64,000 bases of DNA, taken from an uncultured Bacteroidales bacterium (lineage in GTDB: Bacteria > Bacteroidota > Bacteroidia > Bacteroidales > FEN-979). The notes below the pieces were generated by a model. The model saw only the letters and a program-made list of their open reading frames with translations, ran no database searches and was not told the DNA's origin. A program made the position numbers and the translations under genes. This document shows positions 10,019 through 18,221 of the stretch, piece after piece (positions within the stretch are counted from its first letter, which is position 1; every line of letters begins with the position of its first letter). The DNA is taken from NCBI GenBank assembly GCA_903959905.1, contig CAJBYO010000005.1:20674-84673 (forward strand), read 5' to 3'.

Positions 10019-10792
10019 ATGAAAGCACTGATCATTGAGGACGAAGAAATTATCGCGAATGTCCTTCAGCAGAAGATAAAAAAAGTTGACGATTCGATTG
10101 ATATCATCGCCAAACTTCCCAGTTTAAAAACCGCACGCAAATGGTTCACCTCCAATGCGGAACCTGATATGATTTTTATGGATATCCAGTTGTCCGACGG
10201 AGTAAGTTTTGACCTGCTGGAGCAGTTTACGCTTACCTGTCCGATTGTCTTTACCACCGCATATGATGAATATGCCGTGCGGGCCATCAAGTTGAACGGA
10301 GCGGATTACCTGCTGAAGCCGGTTGATGATGAAGAGCTGAAGAGAGCGATCATCAAATGCAAAAAAATTGTTGAAAACCAGAATCGGCCGCCTTTGGACC
10401 TGATGAACCTGGTGAAGAGCATCATGCATCCAAATGAGCAAAACAGCATATTCAAAGAAAAGTTTGTTGTGAACAGCCGCAATCAGTGGGTGATCATTAA
10501 TACAAAAGAGATTGCGCTCCTTACCAAAGATGCCCTGAATTATATTTACCTCTTCAACGGGGAAAGGTACATTCTTGATTATGATACACTGGATGAGCTG
10601 GAAGAGTTGCTCGATCCGAAGCAGTTTTACCGTGCAAACCGGCAGTTTATCATCAATATCGACGCCATCGCGACGCTTAAGCCCTCTCTTAATTCCAAAC
10701 TGGTGGTTAAAATGAAAGTGCCCAACGACAAGTTCGAAATTGACATGAGCCGTGAAAAAACTCCCTTGTTCAGGAAATGGCTGAACCGGTAA
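10019..10792 (+). CDS. LytTR-family DNA-binding response regulator
   Basis: MKALIIEDEE receiver domain (D..DIQL.DG, YLLKP) plus a C-terminal LytTR-like domain. ATG lies 11 nt after the kinase stop. Confidence 0.9.
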   Translation: MKALIIEDEEIIANVLQQKIKKVDDSIDIIAKLPSLKTARKWFTSNAEPDMIFMDIQLSDGVSFDLLEQFTLTCPIVFTTAYDEYAVRAIKLNGADYLLKPVDDEELKRAIIKCKKIVENQNRPPLDLMNLVKSIMHPNEQNSIFKEKFVVNSRNQWVIINTKEIALLTKDALNYIYLFNGERYILDYDTLDELEELLDPKQFYRANRQFIINIDAIATLKPSLNSKLVVKMKVPNDKFEIDMSREKTPLFRKWLNR

Positions 10793-10911
10793 CGGCATTT
10801 TGTTAATTAATCCCCCCTTTCCTGTATTCCCTTTTCCTCTTTTTCTGATTAACCGGTAATTGCCGGTAAAATAAAACATTCTTTGTGCTACGTTAGCAGG
10901 AATAATACGAT

Positions 10912-10969
10912 CTCCGTGGTCCTCTGTGTCTTCTCCGTGTACCTCTGTGCAACAAATATTTACACGGAG
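10912..10969. repeat. CTCYGTG-unit hairpin element (copy 2, same orientation as copy 1)
   Basis: Collinear with 6834-6893. 10933-10941 (ctccgtgta) pairs with 10961-10969 (tacacggag). Confidence 0.7.
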
Positions 10970-11126
10970 TCCTGAAACACCTTATCCGGTTTCAGGCACA
11001 CTTCAGCAGCATGTTTCTACAGCTCACCGTAATATATTTCCCCTTCTCTTCTTTACGCTTCAATTTTGCTGCTGTAAATTTCAACATCCGTGAAATTATA
11101 AGCGTAAAAACCTAAAAAAAGAAAAC

Positions 11127-11864
11127 ATGAAAAGATCAATCCTGTCCATACTTTTATCGTTACTTATTTCCGGAGCTGTGCTTGCGCAGGTTGCAGTTAA
11201 TTCCGATGGCTCATTGCCCGATAATTCGGCTATGCTTGACGTTAAATCCACGACGAAAGGATTCCTGCCTCCCCGCATGACGACCGCCCAACGCAACCTG
11301 ATCGGTACACCTGCAGCAGGCCTCACAATTTTTAACACTTCCAAAAACGGAAATGAAACATATAATGGCACCTTCTGGGTAAGCAATACACATTACATCG
11401 GCGAAAGCTATGGCGGAGGTATCGTGTTTTATGTATACGACAACGGGCAGCATGGCTTAATAGCAGCCCCTGACGACCAAAGTGCAGGGATCAGGTGGTT
11501 TGGTGGTTCATTAACTAATACGCGTGCCCGGGCAGATGGTGTTGGAGCCGGATTAAAAAATACGGCAATAATCCTATCCAACCAGGGACCGGTTGATGGT
11601 GCTGCATTTGCAGCAACCATGTGCAACGAATTATCGGTAACGTTTGGTGGTGTTACCTATGGTGACTGGTATCTGCCTTCAAAATATGAATTGAATTTAT
11701 TGTACCTGCAAAAAGCTGTTGTTGGCGGCTTTACCACTGGCTACTATTGGAGTTCCACCGAGTTCAGCGCTTCCAACGCGTGGGACCAGTACTTCTTCAA
11801 TGGCTCCCAGGGCAACTACGGTAAGGGCGACACAGACCATGTGCGTGCTATCCGTGCTTTTTAA
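11127..11864 (+). CDS. Secreted DUF1566 (Lcl C-terminal domain) protein, paralog 1
   Basis: Signal peptide. Conserved [23 protein letters not shown] block. C-terminal [13 protein letters not shown]...YWSSTE...VRAIRAF is typical of DUF1566. Confidence 0.75.
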   Translation: MKRSILSILLSLLISGAVLAQVAVNSDGSLPDNSAMLDVKSTTKGFLPPRMTTAQRNLIGTPAAGLTIFNTSKNGNETYNGTFWVSNTHYIGESYGGGIVFYVYDNGQHGLIAAPDDQSAGIRWFGGSLTNTRARADGVGAGLKNTAIILSNQGPVDGAAFAATMCNELSVTFGGVTYGDWYLPSKYELNLLYLQKAVVGGFTTGYYWSSTEFSASNAWDQYFFNGSQGNYGKGDTDHVRAIRAF

Positions 11865-11890
11865 CATTTTTACCATCAAAAAAAAGAACC

Positions 11891-12628
11891 ATGAAAATAC
11901 GTTCCCTTTGTATTACAATGCTTCTGCTTGTCAGCAGCGCATTATCAGCCCAGTTTGGCATCAATAGCGACAACAGTTCCCCCGATCCTTCAGCCATGCT
12001 TGATGTTAAATCGACCAGTAAAGGGTTTTTGCCTCCACGAATGACTACAGCACAACGCGATTTGATAGTTTCGCCTGCTTCCGGACTGACCGTCTATAAC
12101 ATTACCTACAACCGTAATGAAACCTATAGTGGCTCATCCTGGGTGGGAAATATGCATTACATCGGCGAAAACTATGGCGGCGGTATCGTGTTTTACGTTT
12201 ATGATAAGGGGCAGCACGGGTTAATCGCTGCAACTGCCGACCAGAGTGCAGGAATCAGGTGGGAGGGTGGTACCTGGGAAAATACGCGTGCCCGGGCGGA
12301 TGGTATTGGCGCAGGAATAAAAAATACATCCATCATCATCGCCAACCAGGGTGCAATAGACGGCGCTGCATTTGCGGCCACTGTGTGCAACGAATTTTCA
12401 GTAACGGAAGGTGGTGTAACATATGATGGCTGGTATCTGCCTTCATTATATGAATTAAATTTATTGTACTTACAAAAAAACCTGGTGGGAAGCTTTGTCA
12501 TTGACATCTATTGGTCTTCCACCGAGCGCAATGAGACGACCGCATATCTCAAGTCCTTCAACAGTGGCTCCACCATTTACGCGAGTAAGGGTGGCAGCTT
12601 CCTTGTACGCGCTATCCGGGCTTTTTAA
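11891..12628 (+). CDS. Secreted DUF1566 (Lcl C-terminal domain) protein, paralog 2
   Basis: Same 245-aa length and collinear with 11127..11864 (about 70% identical by eye). Confidence 0.75.
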   Translation: MKIRSLCITMLLLVSSALSAQFGINSDNSSPDPSAMLDVKSTSKGFLPPRMTTAQRDLIVSPASGLTVYNITYNRNETYSGSSWVGNMHYIGENYGGGIVFYVYDKGQHGLIAATADQSAGIRWEGGTWENTRARADGIGAGIKNTSIIIANQGAIDGAAFAATVCNEFSVTEGGVTYDGWYLPSLYELNLLYLQKNLVGSFVIDIYWSSTERNETTAYLKSFNSGSTIYASKGGSFLVRAIRAF

Positions 12629-12731
12629 CAATTTATCATACTCTTATTAGCATAGTAAAAATTATTTACCATGAGCTTGCACATAGCGCAGGACACCCTA
12701 AACGATTGAACCGGTTTTAAACACAGTCCCG

Positions 12732-12935
12732 ATGATCCTGGGCAGAAAAGCAGTGGCAGGTTCCGTCATCGGGGGCATTGCTGAGACACAGGAATTACTG
12801 GATTTCTGCGGGGAACACAACATCGTGTCGGAGATTGAAACCATCAATATTCAGGATATCAACGAGGCCTACGAAAGAATGCTGAAAAGTGATGTTCGCT
12901 ACCGTTTCGTCATCGACATGGCATCTTTGAAATAG
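12732..12935 (+). pseudogene. 3' remnant of a zinc-type NAD(P)-dependent alcohol dehydrogenase (last ~67 codons only)
   Basis: [34 protein letters not shown]....[20 protein letters not shown] matches only the C-terminal end of YahK/AdhA-like dehydrogenases. Upstream frames are closed by stops. Confidence 0.6.
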
Positions 12936-12988
12936 TAATTTGTCTGATAATTTTTTAAATACCTTTACTGAAATCAATTTTTTCGTCC

Positions 12989-13582
12989 ATGAAACATCTC
13001 CTAATCACCCTTTGCCTTATTTTTCTGATATTCCCGTCCATGAAGGCACAAACATCCTGGAAATCGTCTGACTACAAACCGGAACCGTACCGTAAGGTGA
13101 TGGTTTATGCAAAAGTATCTGATGTTGCCGCCCGGAAGCAGCTTGAGGATTTTTCGGTAAAATTCCTCACCGATAAAGGAATAATTGCCATTCCGGCCTA
13201 TGCCAACATCCGGAAAACGGAGGGAATGACCCGGGAGGCTTTCCTGGTCATTGCCGACTCGCTGCAGGTGGATGCCTTACTTGTCTATTCGGTAAACGGA
13301 GCGGAACGCCAGGTTGAAAACACCCCAACCGTAAGCGTAGGTGTTGGTGTAGGCATGTATGGCGGTTATGCAGGCGCCAGTGTTCCCATTGCGGGCGGTG
13401 CAAAGATGGTTACCGTGGTAAAACTTACTGTTGATTTCTACAACCGGGCATCCAAAGATGAACAGTGGTCCATGCAACTGAGCGGTAAACTTGACAACGG
13501 CACCGACAAACTGGCTTATACCTTTGCAAAGGCAACAGTTAAAGCCATGGTGAAAGACGGGATGTTTGTGGCGAAGAAATAA
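12989..13582 (+). CDS. Hypothetical secreted protein / lipoprotein
   Basis: Clean signal peptide MKHLLITLCLIFLIFPSMKAQ and coding-like composition. No family recognised. Confidence 0.6.
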   Translation: MKHLLITLCLIFLIFPSMKAQTSWKSSDYKPEPYRKVMVYAKVSDVAARKQLEDFSVKFLTDKGIIAIPAYANIRKTEGMTREAFLVIADSLQVDALLVYSVNGAERQVENTPTVSVGVGVGMYGGYAGASVPIAGGAKMVTVVKLTVDFYNRASKDEQWSMQLSGKLDNGTDKLAYTFAKATVKAMVKDGMFVAKK

Positions 13583-13596
13583 AGCCATGTGCAGGT

Positions 13597-14310
13597 CTAT
13601 TTTTTAATCCTCATCCTTGTTTTCATGTAAGCAGCCCAGGCCTTATAGCATGCATGATTCACATGGAGCGAATCAGCCTCAAAATAGTCTTTTCGCAGGT
13701 TTCCTTCCCGATCGAACATTACCTTCCTGATGTCAATAAACCCGGTGTTTGAACGTTTCCGGGTGAGTTTTTTAAGGCGCCGGTTGATCTCGTTCTGTTC
13801 CGGTAAATATTTCAGCCTGGCAAAGGATGGTTTAACCGCCATGAACCAGATCATGGTTCCCGGCAACTGGTTGTGCACCGTTTGAATAAATGTATCACAC
13901 TGGGCTACAATTTCGACAGGATTGGTACCCTTCAGCAGGTCATTGTCTCCCTCGTAGACAACAATTGTATCCGGCTTGTACGGGAGAACAATATACCTGG
14001 TGTAATAGTTCAGGCCGTTCATGGTTGAACCGCCAAATCCCCGCTGAATCAAGGTTATTTCCTTAAAGTCAGTGGCAAGGCTGTCCCATTTTCTGATGGT
14101 TGAACTGCCTGTGAATAATACGGCCCCGGCCGGAGGAAAGGATATCGAATCCTGCCGGAGGAAATTGTTGATTTCAGACTCAAATCCGGCAGGGGTTTTT
14201 CCCGGGATAAAACGAACGGTTGATGGCGTCTGCGAAAATGAGATTTCACAGAGCAGCATGAAAAGGATGACAGAAACGATTCCGGACCTTGATTTCAAAT
14301 TCAGAAGCAT
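13597..14310 (-). CDS. SGNH/GDSL-family hydrolase (secreted)
   Basis: Blocks FTGSSTIR, GFGGST, EGDNDL, DSLHVN. The ORF-track start 14316 is a TTG; the first ATG is at 14310. Confidence 0.75.
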   Translation of the reverse strand: MLLNLKSRSGIVSVILFMLLCEISFSQTPSTVRFIPGKTPAGFESEINNFLRQDSISFPPAGAVLFTGSSTIRKWDSLATDFKEITLIQRGFGGSTMNGLNYYTRYIVLPYKPDTIVVYEGDNDLLKGTNPVEIVAQCDTFIQTVHNQLPGTMIWFMAVKPSFARLKYLPEQNEINRRLKKLTRKRSNTGFIDIRKVMFDREGNLRKDYFEADSLHVNHACYKAWAAYMKTRMRIKK

Positions 14311-14358
14311 ATTCAAAATTACACCTATTTTTCCGGATTTCGCTTTCTGAATTGTATC

Positions 14359-14366
14359 TACATTTG
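14359..14366 (+). promoter_or_regulatory. Bacteroidota -7 box (TAnnTTTG)
   Basis: tacatttg, ending 15 nt upstream of the small-ORF ATG at 14381. Confidence 0.4.
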
Positions 14367-14380
14367 TGAACCTGTTTCAA

Positions 14381-14467
14381 ATGGACTGTTTTTGTTCTGA
14401 CTATCAAGGTTCATTGGAGTGTAAATTTCTGACCTGTCGCCATTACGTTGAAAAACCACACGCATGA
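14381..14467 (+). CDS. Candidate 28-aa Cys-rich small ORF (MDCFCSDYQGSLECKFLTCRHYVEKPHA) coupled to the ATP-grasp gene
   Basis: ATG 14381. Stop TGA 14465-14467 overlaps ATP-grasp ATG 14464 (ATGA). A -7 box tacatttg at 14359-14366 ends 15 nt upstream of this ATG. No homology evidence is available. Confidence 0.3.
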   Translation: MDCFCSDYQGSLECKFLTCRHYVEKPHA

Positions 14468-15636
14468 TCATCCTTGAAAAACCTTACGTATCCGAATTCC
14501 TTCAGCAAACCGTTGTTCGGCTCGGGGTTCCTGTGCTGTCAACCGAATATTCACGGAGCCTGGCGTTTGCCGGGGAGATGAATATGCTGGAACCAGGGGT
14601 TTTCTTTGCAGCGCTTAAAGAGATGAGTCAACCGCTCTTGTACAGCAATTCAGAGAACTCCACGGAACTTCTTAACCGATACGGGCCGGAACTGGAGGTA
14701 ACAAAAACGTTAAATTTCTTCAAGGATAAAACCAGGTTGCGCGAGATTTTCTCAAAGCTCAATCCCGATGTGTGGTATCTGAAATTCTCATTGGAGGAGC
14801 TTGATGGCCTGGATATTTCAACGGTAAAGATGCCCTTTGTCATTAAACCTGTGCGGGGTTTTGCCAGTATCGGAATTCATTCCGTACACAGTGCGAATGA
14901 CTGGAATTCAGCACTGCAGGGAATAAAGAAAGAGGTCATCCTGATGCGGAATGTCTTTCCAGATGTGGTGGTCAGCCTGGATGAATTTATCATTGAACGT
15001 TTCATCGGGGGCACTGAAATTGCCATTGATGCCTACTTCAATGCGTCGGGAGAACCGGTGATCCTCAACATTCTCACCCATCTGTTCGGGTCAAAATCTG
15101 ATATGAGCGACCGCCTGTACCTGACTTCCGCCGAGATTGTAAGAAAATACCATGGGCCCATTCACCGGTACCTCGAAGAAATTGCAAAACTGCGGGAGCT
15201 TCGCAACTTCCCGTTTCACCTGGAAATGAGGGAAGAGTCGGCAGGTAAGTTTGTGCCGATTGAAATTAACCCGATGCGGTTCATGGGCTTCTGTGTGGCC
15301 GATGTGGAACATTACTTCTACGGCATAAACCCCTATGAATATTACTTCCTGCAGAAAAAACCCGACTGGGATCAGATTCTGAGTACGCGGAATGATAAGT
15401 TTTACGGCATGTTCGGCATTGACATCCCAAAACACCTTGATAAAAGCAAGATCAGGTTCAACTACGAAAAATTCATCGGTCATTTCTCAAAGGTTCTTCA
15501 CTTTCTCAAAACAGATTACACAAAACTCCCGGTGGCAATCTATCTGTTTGCTGAAGTTCAGAAAGAAAATTTCGCTGAATTTGAATCCATACTGTATTCC
15601 GACTTGTCTGAATTTATTGAGTTGGAACAGTGCTAA
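14464..15636 (+). CDS. ATP-grasp domain-containing protein (carboxylate-amine/peptide ligase-like)
   Basis: PFVIKPVRGFASIGIHSV, ..ERFIGGTEIAIDAYF.., and PIEINPMRF are typical ATP-grasp fold blocks. Confidence 0.75.
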   Translation: MIILEKPYVSEFLQQTVVRLGVPVLSTEYSRSLAFAGEMNMLEPGVFFAALKEMSQPLLYSNSENSTELLNRYGPELEVTKTLNFFKDKTRLREIFSKLNPDVWYLKFSLEELDGLDISTVKMPFVIKPVRGFASIGIHSVHSANDWNSALQGIKKEVILMRNVFPDVVVSLDEFIIERFIGGTEIAIDAYFNASGEPVILNILTHLFGSKSDMSDRLYLTSAEIVRKYHGPIHRYLEEIAKLRELRNFPFHLEMREESAGKFVPIEINPMRFMGFCVADVEHYFYGINPYEYYFLQKKPDWDQILSTRNDKFYGMFGIDIPKHLDKSKIRFNYEKFIGHFSKVLHFLKTDYTKLPVAIYLFAEVQKENFAEFESILYSDLSEFIELEQC

Positions 15637-15722
15637 TGCGTTGAAATAAATAATCTGATGGAACGAAATCAAATTGTAAAATGAACTCTTCCAATGCAAT
15701 TTGAGATCACTGAAATCATTTT

Positions 15723-15824
15723 AACCACAAAGGCGTCAAAGGATGCACAAAGTCGCACAAAGGGTTGGTGAAAAGGAGTAAGTTTCGTGCGCCTTCGTGA
15801 CGTACTTTGTGCGCCTTCGTGGTT
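15723..15824. repeat. AACCAC...GTGGTT long hairpin (CACAAAGG / CCTTCGTG units)
   Basis: Left arm aaccacaaaggcgtcaaagg..cacaaagtcgcacaaagg; right arm ttcgtgcgccttcgtg..ctttgtgcgccttcgtggtt. Lies between convergent genes. Confidence 0.7.
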
Positions 15825-15937
15825 TAATTTTAGTTGACCATGCGTATATGCAGAGGTGGACGATTAATCAAAGAATCATCACAACGACTCTTACCGTATG
15901 CTGAAATTCAGCTTGTAAACAGGTAAAATACCTTTGT

Positions 15938-16840
15938 CTAAGGTAAATCCCTGCCCGTGGATGCATTATATATTTTATACCACTGCTCCAGGGTCATCTC
16001 AATATTGGCAGCCTCAACAGCCAGCCTGAGCCGGTCAATCCGGCCTGAGCCCACGATCGGTAGAATGGTTGCCGGATGTTTCATCAACCAGCTGTATATA
16101 ATCTTATCTGTTGAATCAACCTGAAGCGCATTGGCAACCTCCCACAATGCGCTGGCAATTTTACCGCTTTTTTCATCCTGCGGATTTATCAGCCGGCCAC
16201 CTGCAAGGGGCGACCAGGCCATAGGTTTTATTCTCTCTTTCAGGAAATAATCCATGTTCCCATTGTCGAAATGGTCAAGGCAGTAGGGAGATATCTCCAC
16301 CTGGTTCGTTACCAGTTTATCATCCAGGTATGCATTGAGCATGTCAGATTGCATCGGGTTGAAATTGGAAACCCCGAAATGCAGGACTTTCCCCTGTGAT
16401 TTCAACACTGAAAATGCTTTTGCAACGGCCTCCGGGTCAAAAAACGGAGCCGGGCGGTGAAGGAGGAGCAGGTCAATGTGGTCGGTGCCAAGATTTTCCA
16501 GGGAGTTCTCTACCGATGAAATGATATGTTCAAAGCTATAGTCATAGGTCTTGATCTGCCTTTCAGGATACCTCCCCGATTTCAGTTTTATGCCGCATTT
16601 GGTCACGATCTCAATCTGGTTCCGGATACCGGGATCCAGCCTTAATGCATCGCCAAAAAGCTTTTCGCAGCTGTAATCGCCATAAATATCGGCGTGATCA
16701 ATGGTGGTGATTCCAAGTTCAATGGCCTGCCGGGTGAGGTTAAGCAGTTCCTGAGCAGGTAAATTCCAGCTGGCGAGTCGCCAGTGACCGTGCACGATCC
16801 GTGATAATTCAAGGTCAGCGGTAAGTTTTATTCTGTGCAT
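15938..16840 (-). CDS. Aldo/keto reductase (YdhF-like oxidoreductase)
   Basis: GITTIDHADIYGDY, LLLHRPAP, GVSNF and other AKR signature blocks. Confidence 0.9.
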   Translation of the reverse strand: MHRIKLTADLELSRIVHGHWRLASWNLPAQELLNLTRQAIELGITTIDHADIYGDYSCEKLFGDALRLDPGIRNQIEIVTKCGIKLKSGRYPERQIKTYDYSFEHIISSVENSLENLGTDHIDLLLLHRPAPFFDPEAVAKAFSVLKSQGKVLHFGVSNFNPMQSDMLNAYLDDKLVTNQVEISPYCLDHFDNGNMDYFLKERIKPMAWSPLAGGRLINPQDEKSGKIASALWEVANALQVDSTDKIIYSWLMKHPATILPIVGSGRIDRLRLAVEAANIEMTLEQWYKIYNASTGRDLP

Positions 16841-16930
16841 TTTTACGACATATTAGGATTAGAGGAGCAAAAGTAAGGGTTTTGCGAACTAGGATTAAGG
16901 ATTGCATGAGAAATCCGGAAGCGATTTTTT

Positions 16931-17094
16931 TACCGCAGAGACGCAGAGACGCTGAGAAAAGGAGTTAATTGAGGTGTGTAATTAAGTCCATGTTTCAGGG
17001 TTTACCAAACAAAAAAGAAAAGGTTATACCTTTCTTATGTTAACTCTGTCCCTCTGCGCCTCTGCGGTTATATATTCTGCGTCTCTGCGGTTAA
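16931..17094. repeat. ACCGCAGAG...CTCTGCGGT hairpin element with ~85-nt loop and an extra right-arm copy
   Basis: Left arm taccgcagagacgcagagacgctgagaa at 16931-16958. Right arms 17044-17070 and 17075-17094 (..tctctgcggttaa). Confidence 0.65.
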
Positions 17095-17174
17095 ATTTTC
17101 TGCTATTTACTTATCCTCAATAAAATTTTTTACCTTCCACTGCAATAAAACCATCCCACCCCGTCTATAACATC

Positions 17175-17720
17175 ATGGAAAAGGAAATTCAAAAAAAGTC
17201 GCTTGACAAATTCTTCCGCAATGAGTACCAGAAACTGGTGGGCTATATCAGGAAGAACCTTGACGACCGCTATTTTGAAGCCTCCCCGGAAGACATCATA
17301 CAGGACGTTGCACTGGGACTGATCGATAAACTTGACCTGGATGTCCAGATCAGCAACCTCACCGGCTACATCTACCGGTCGGTGAAGAACAGGATCATCG
17401 ATTACCAGAAGAAAAAACAGCGGAATGTATCGATTGAGCGCTTCACGGACAAAAACAACGAGAATTATTTACATAATACACTGACTGATGAAACCTTAGA
17501 AGAAAACAAATATGAAAATATAGCACCGGAAATGCTCCGGCAGGCTATATCGGAACTGAGGCCCGATGAACAGGCGCTGATCATGGCCACCGAATTTGAT
17601 CATCAAACCTATGAAGAACTTTCGGAGGAGTGGGATGTACCGATGGGTACACTGCTGTCGCGCAAGCACCGGACCTTATCAAAATTACATAAGATATTAT
17701 TAAACATTCAAAAACAATAA
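17175..17720 (+). CDS. RNA polymerase sigma-70 family (ECF-type) sigma factor
   Basis: Region 2 (IIQDVALGLIDK..YIYRSVKNRIIDYQKK) and region 4 (YEELSEEWDVPMGTLLSRKHRTLSKL). Confidence 0.85.
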   Translation: MEKEIQKKSLDKFFRNEYQKLVGYIRKNLDDRYFEASPEDIIQDVALGLIDKLDLDVQISNLTGYIYRSVKNRIIDYQKKKQRNVSIERFTDKNNENYLHNTLTDETLEENKYENIAPEMLRQAISELRPDEQALIMATEFDHQTYEELSEEWDVPMGTLLSRKHRTLSKLHKILLNIQKQ

Positions 17721-17722
17721 TC

Positions 17723-18139
17723 ATGGAAACAATTGAAAATAAATATAATCACAGGCATTGCGGCAGCGGAAAACGCCGTGCTGGCTGGATCATCCTCGGA
17801 ATAATCGGATTTACAGCCTTTGCCTTCCTTTTCGGGGCAGTGGTGATGTGGCTCTGGAACTGGCTGATGCCTGTCATCTTCCACCTCGGAGTGATCAGTT
17901 ACTGGCAGGCAGTTGGACTGGCCATCCTTGGCAGGCTCCTGTTCGGAAGCTTCCATCATGGCGCGCACAGCAAGGGCCGCCACAATTTCGGTCCCTGGAA
18001 ACAAAGGCATCACATGCATGGCAACCAGAACTGCAAAGACGGGGCAAACGGATCAAAATGGAGCCACTATGAGCAGTACTGGCAGGAAGAGGGAGAAAAG
18101 TCATTCAATGATTACTTACAGCGGAAAGCCGGGCAATAA
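17723..18139 (+). CDS. His-rich two-TM membrane protein, possible cognate anti-sigma/partner
   Basis: ATG lies 2 nt after the sigma stop. Two hydrophobic helices followed by HHGAHSKGRHNFGPWKQRHHMHG. Confidence 0.6.
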   Translation: METIENKYNHRHCGSGKRRAGWIILGIIGFTAFAFLFGAVVMWLWNWLMPVIFHLGVISYWQAVGLAILGRLLFGSFHHGAHSKGRHNFGPWKQRHHMHGNQNCKDGANGSKWSHYEQYWQEEGEKSFNDYLQRKAGQ

Positions 18140-18168
18140 ACCGGCCAATTGACCCACAGGCATTGAAT

Positions 18169-18219
18169 TCAGCGTATTTTACTGTAAATAAGTTGTACAT
18201 TTATATGAAAATACGCTGA
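18169..18219 (+). promoter_or_regulatory. 12-bp stem hairpin ending 2 nt before the preT start codon
   Basis: tcagcgtatttt 18169-18180 / aaaatacgctga 18208-18219, with a 27-nt AT-rich loop. Confidence 0.4.
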
Positions 18220-18221
18220 CA

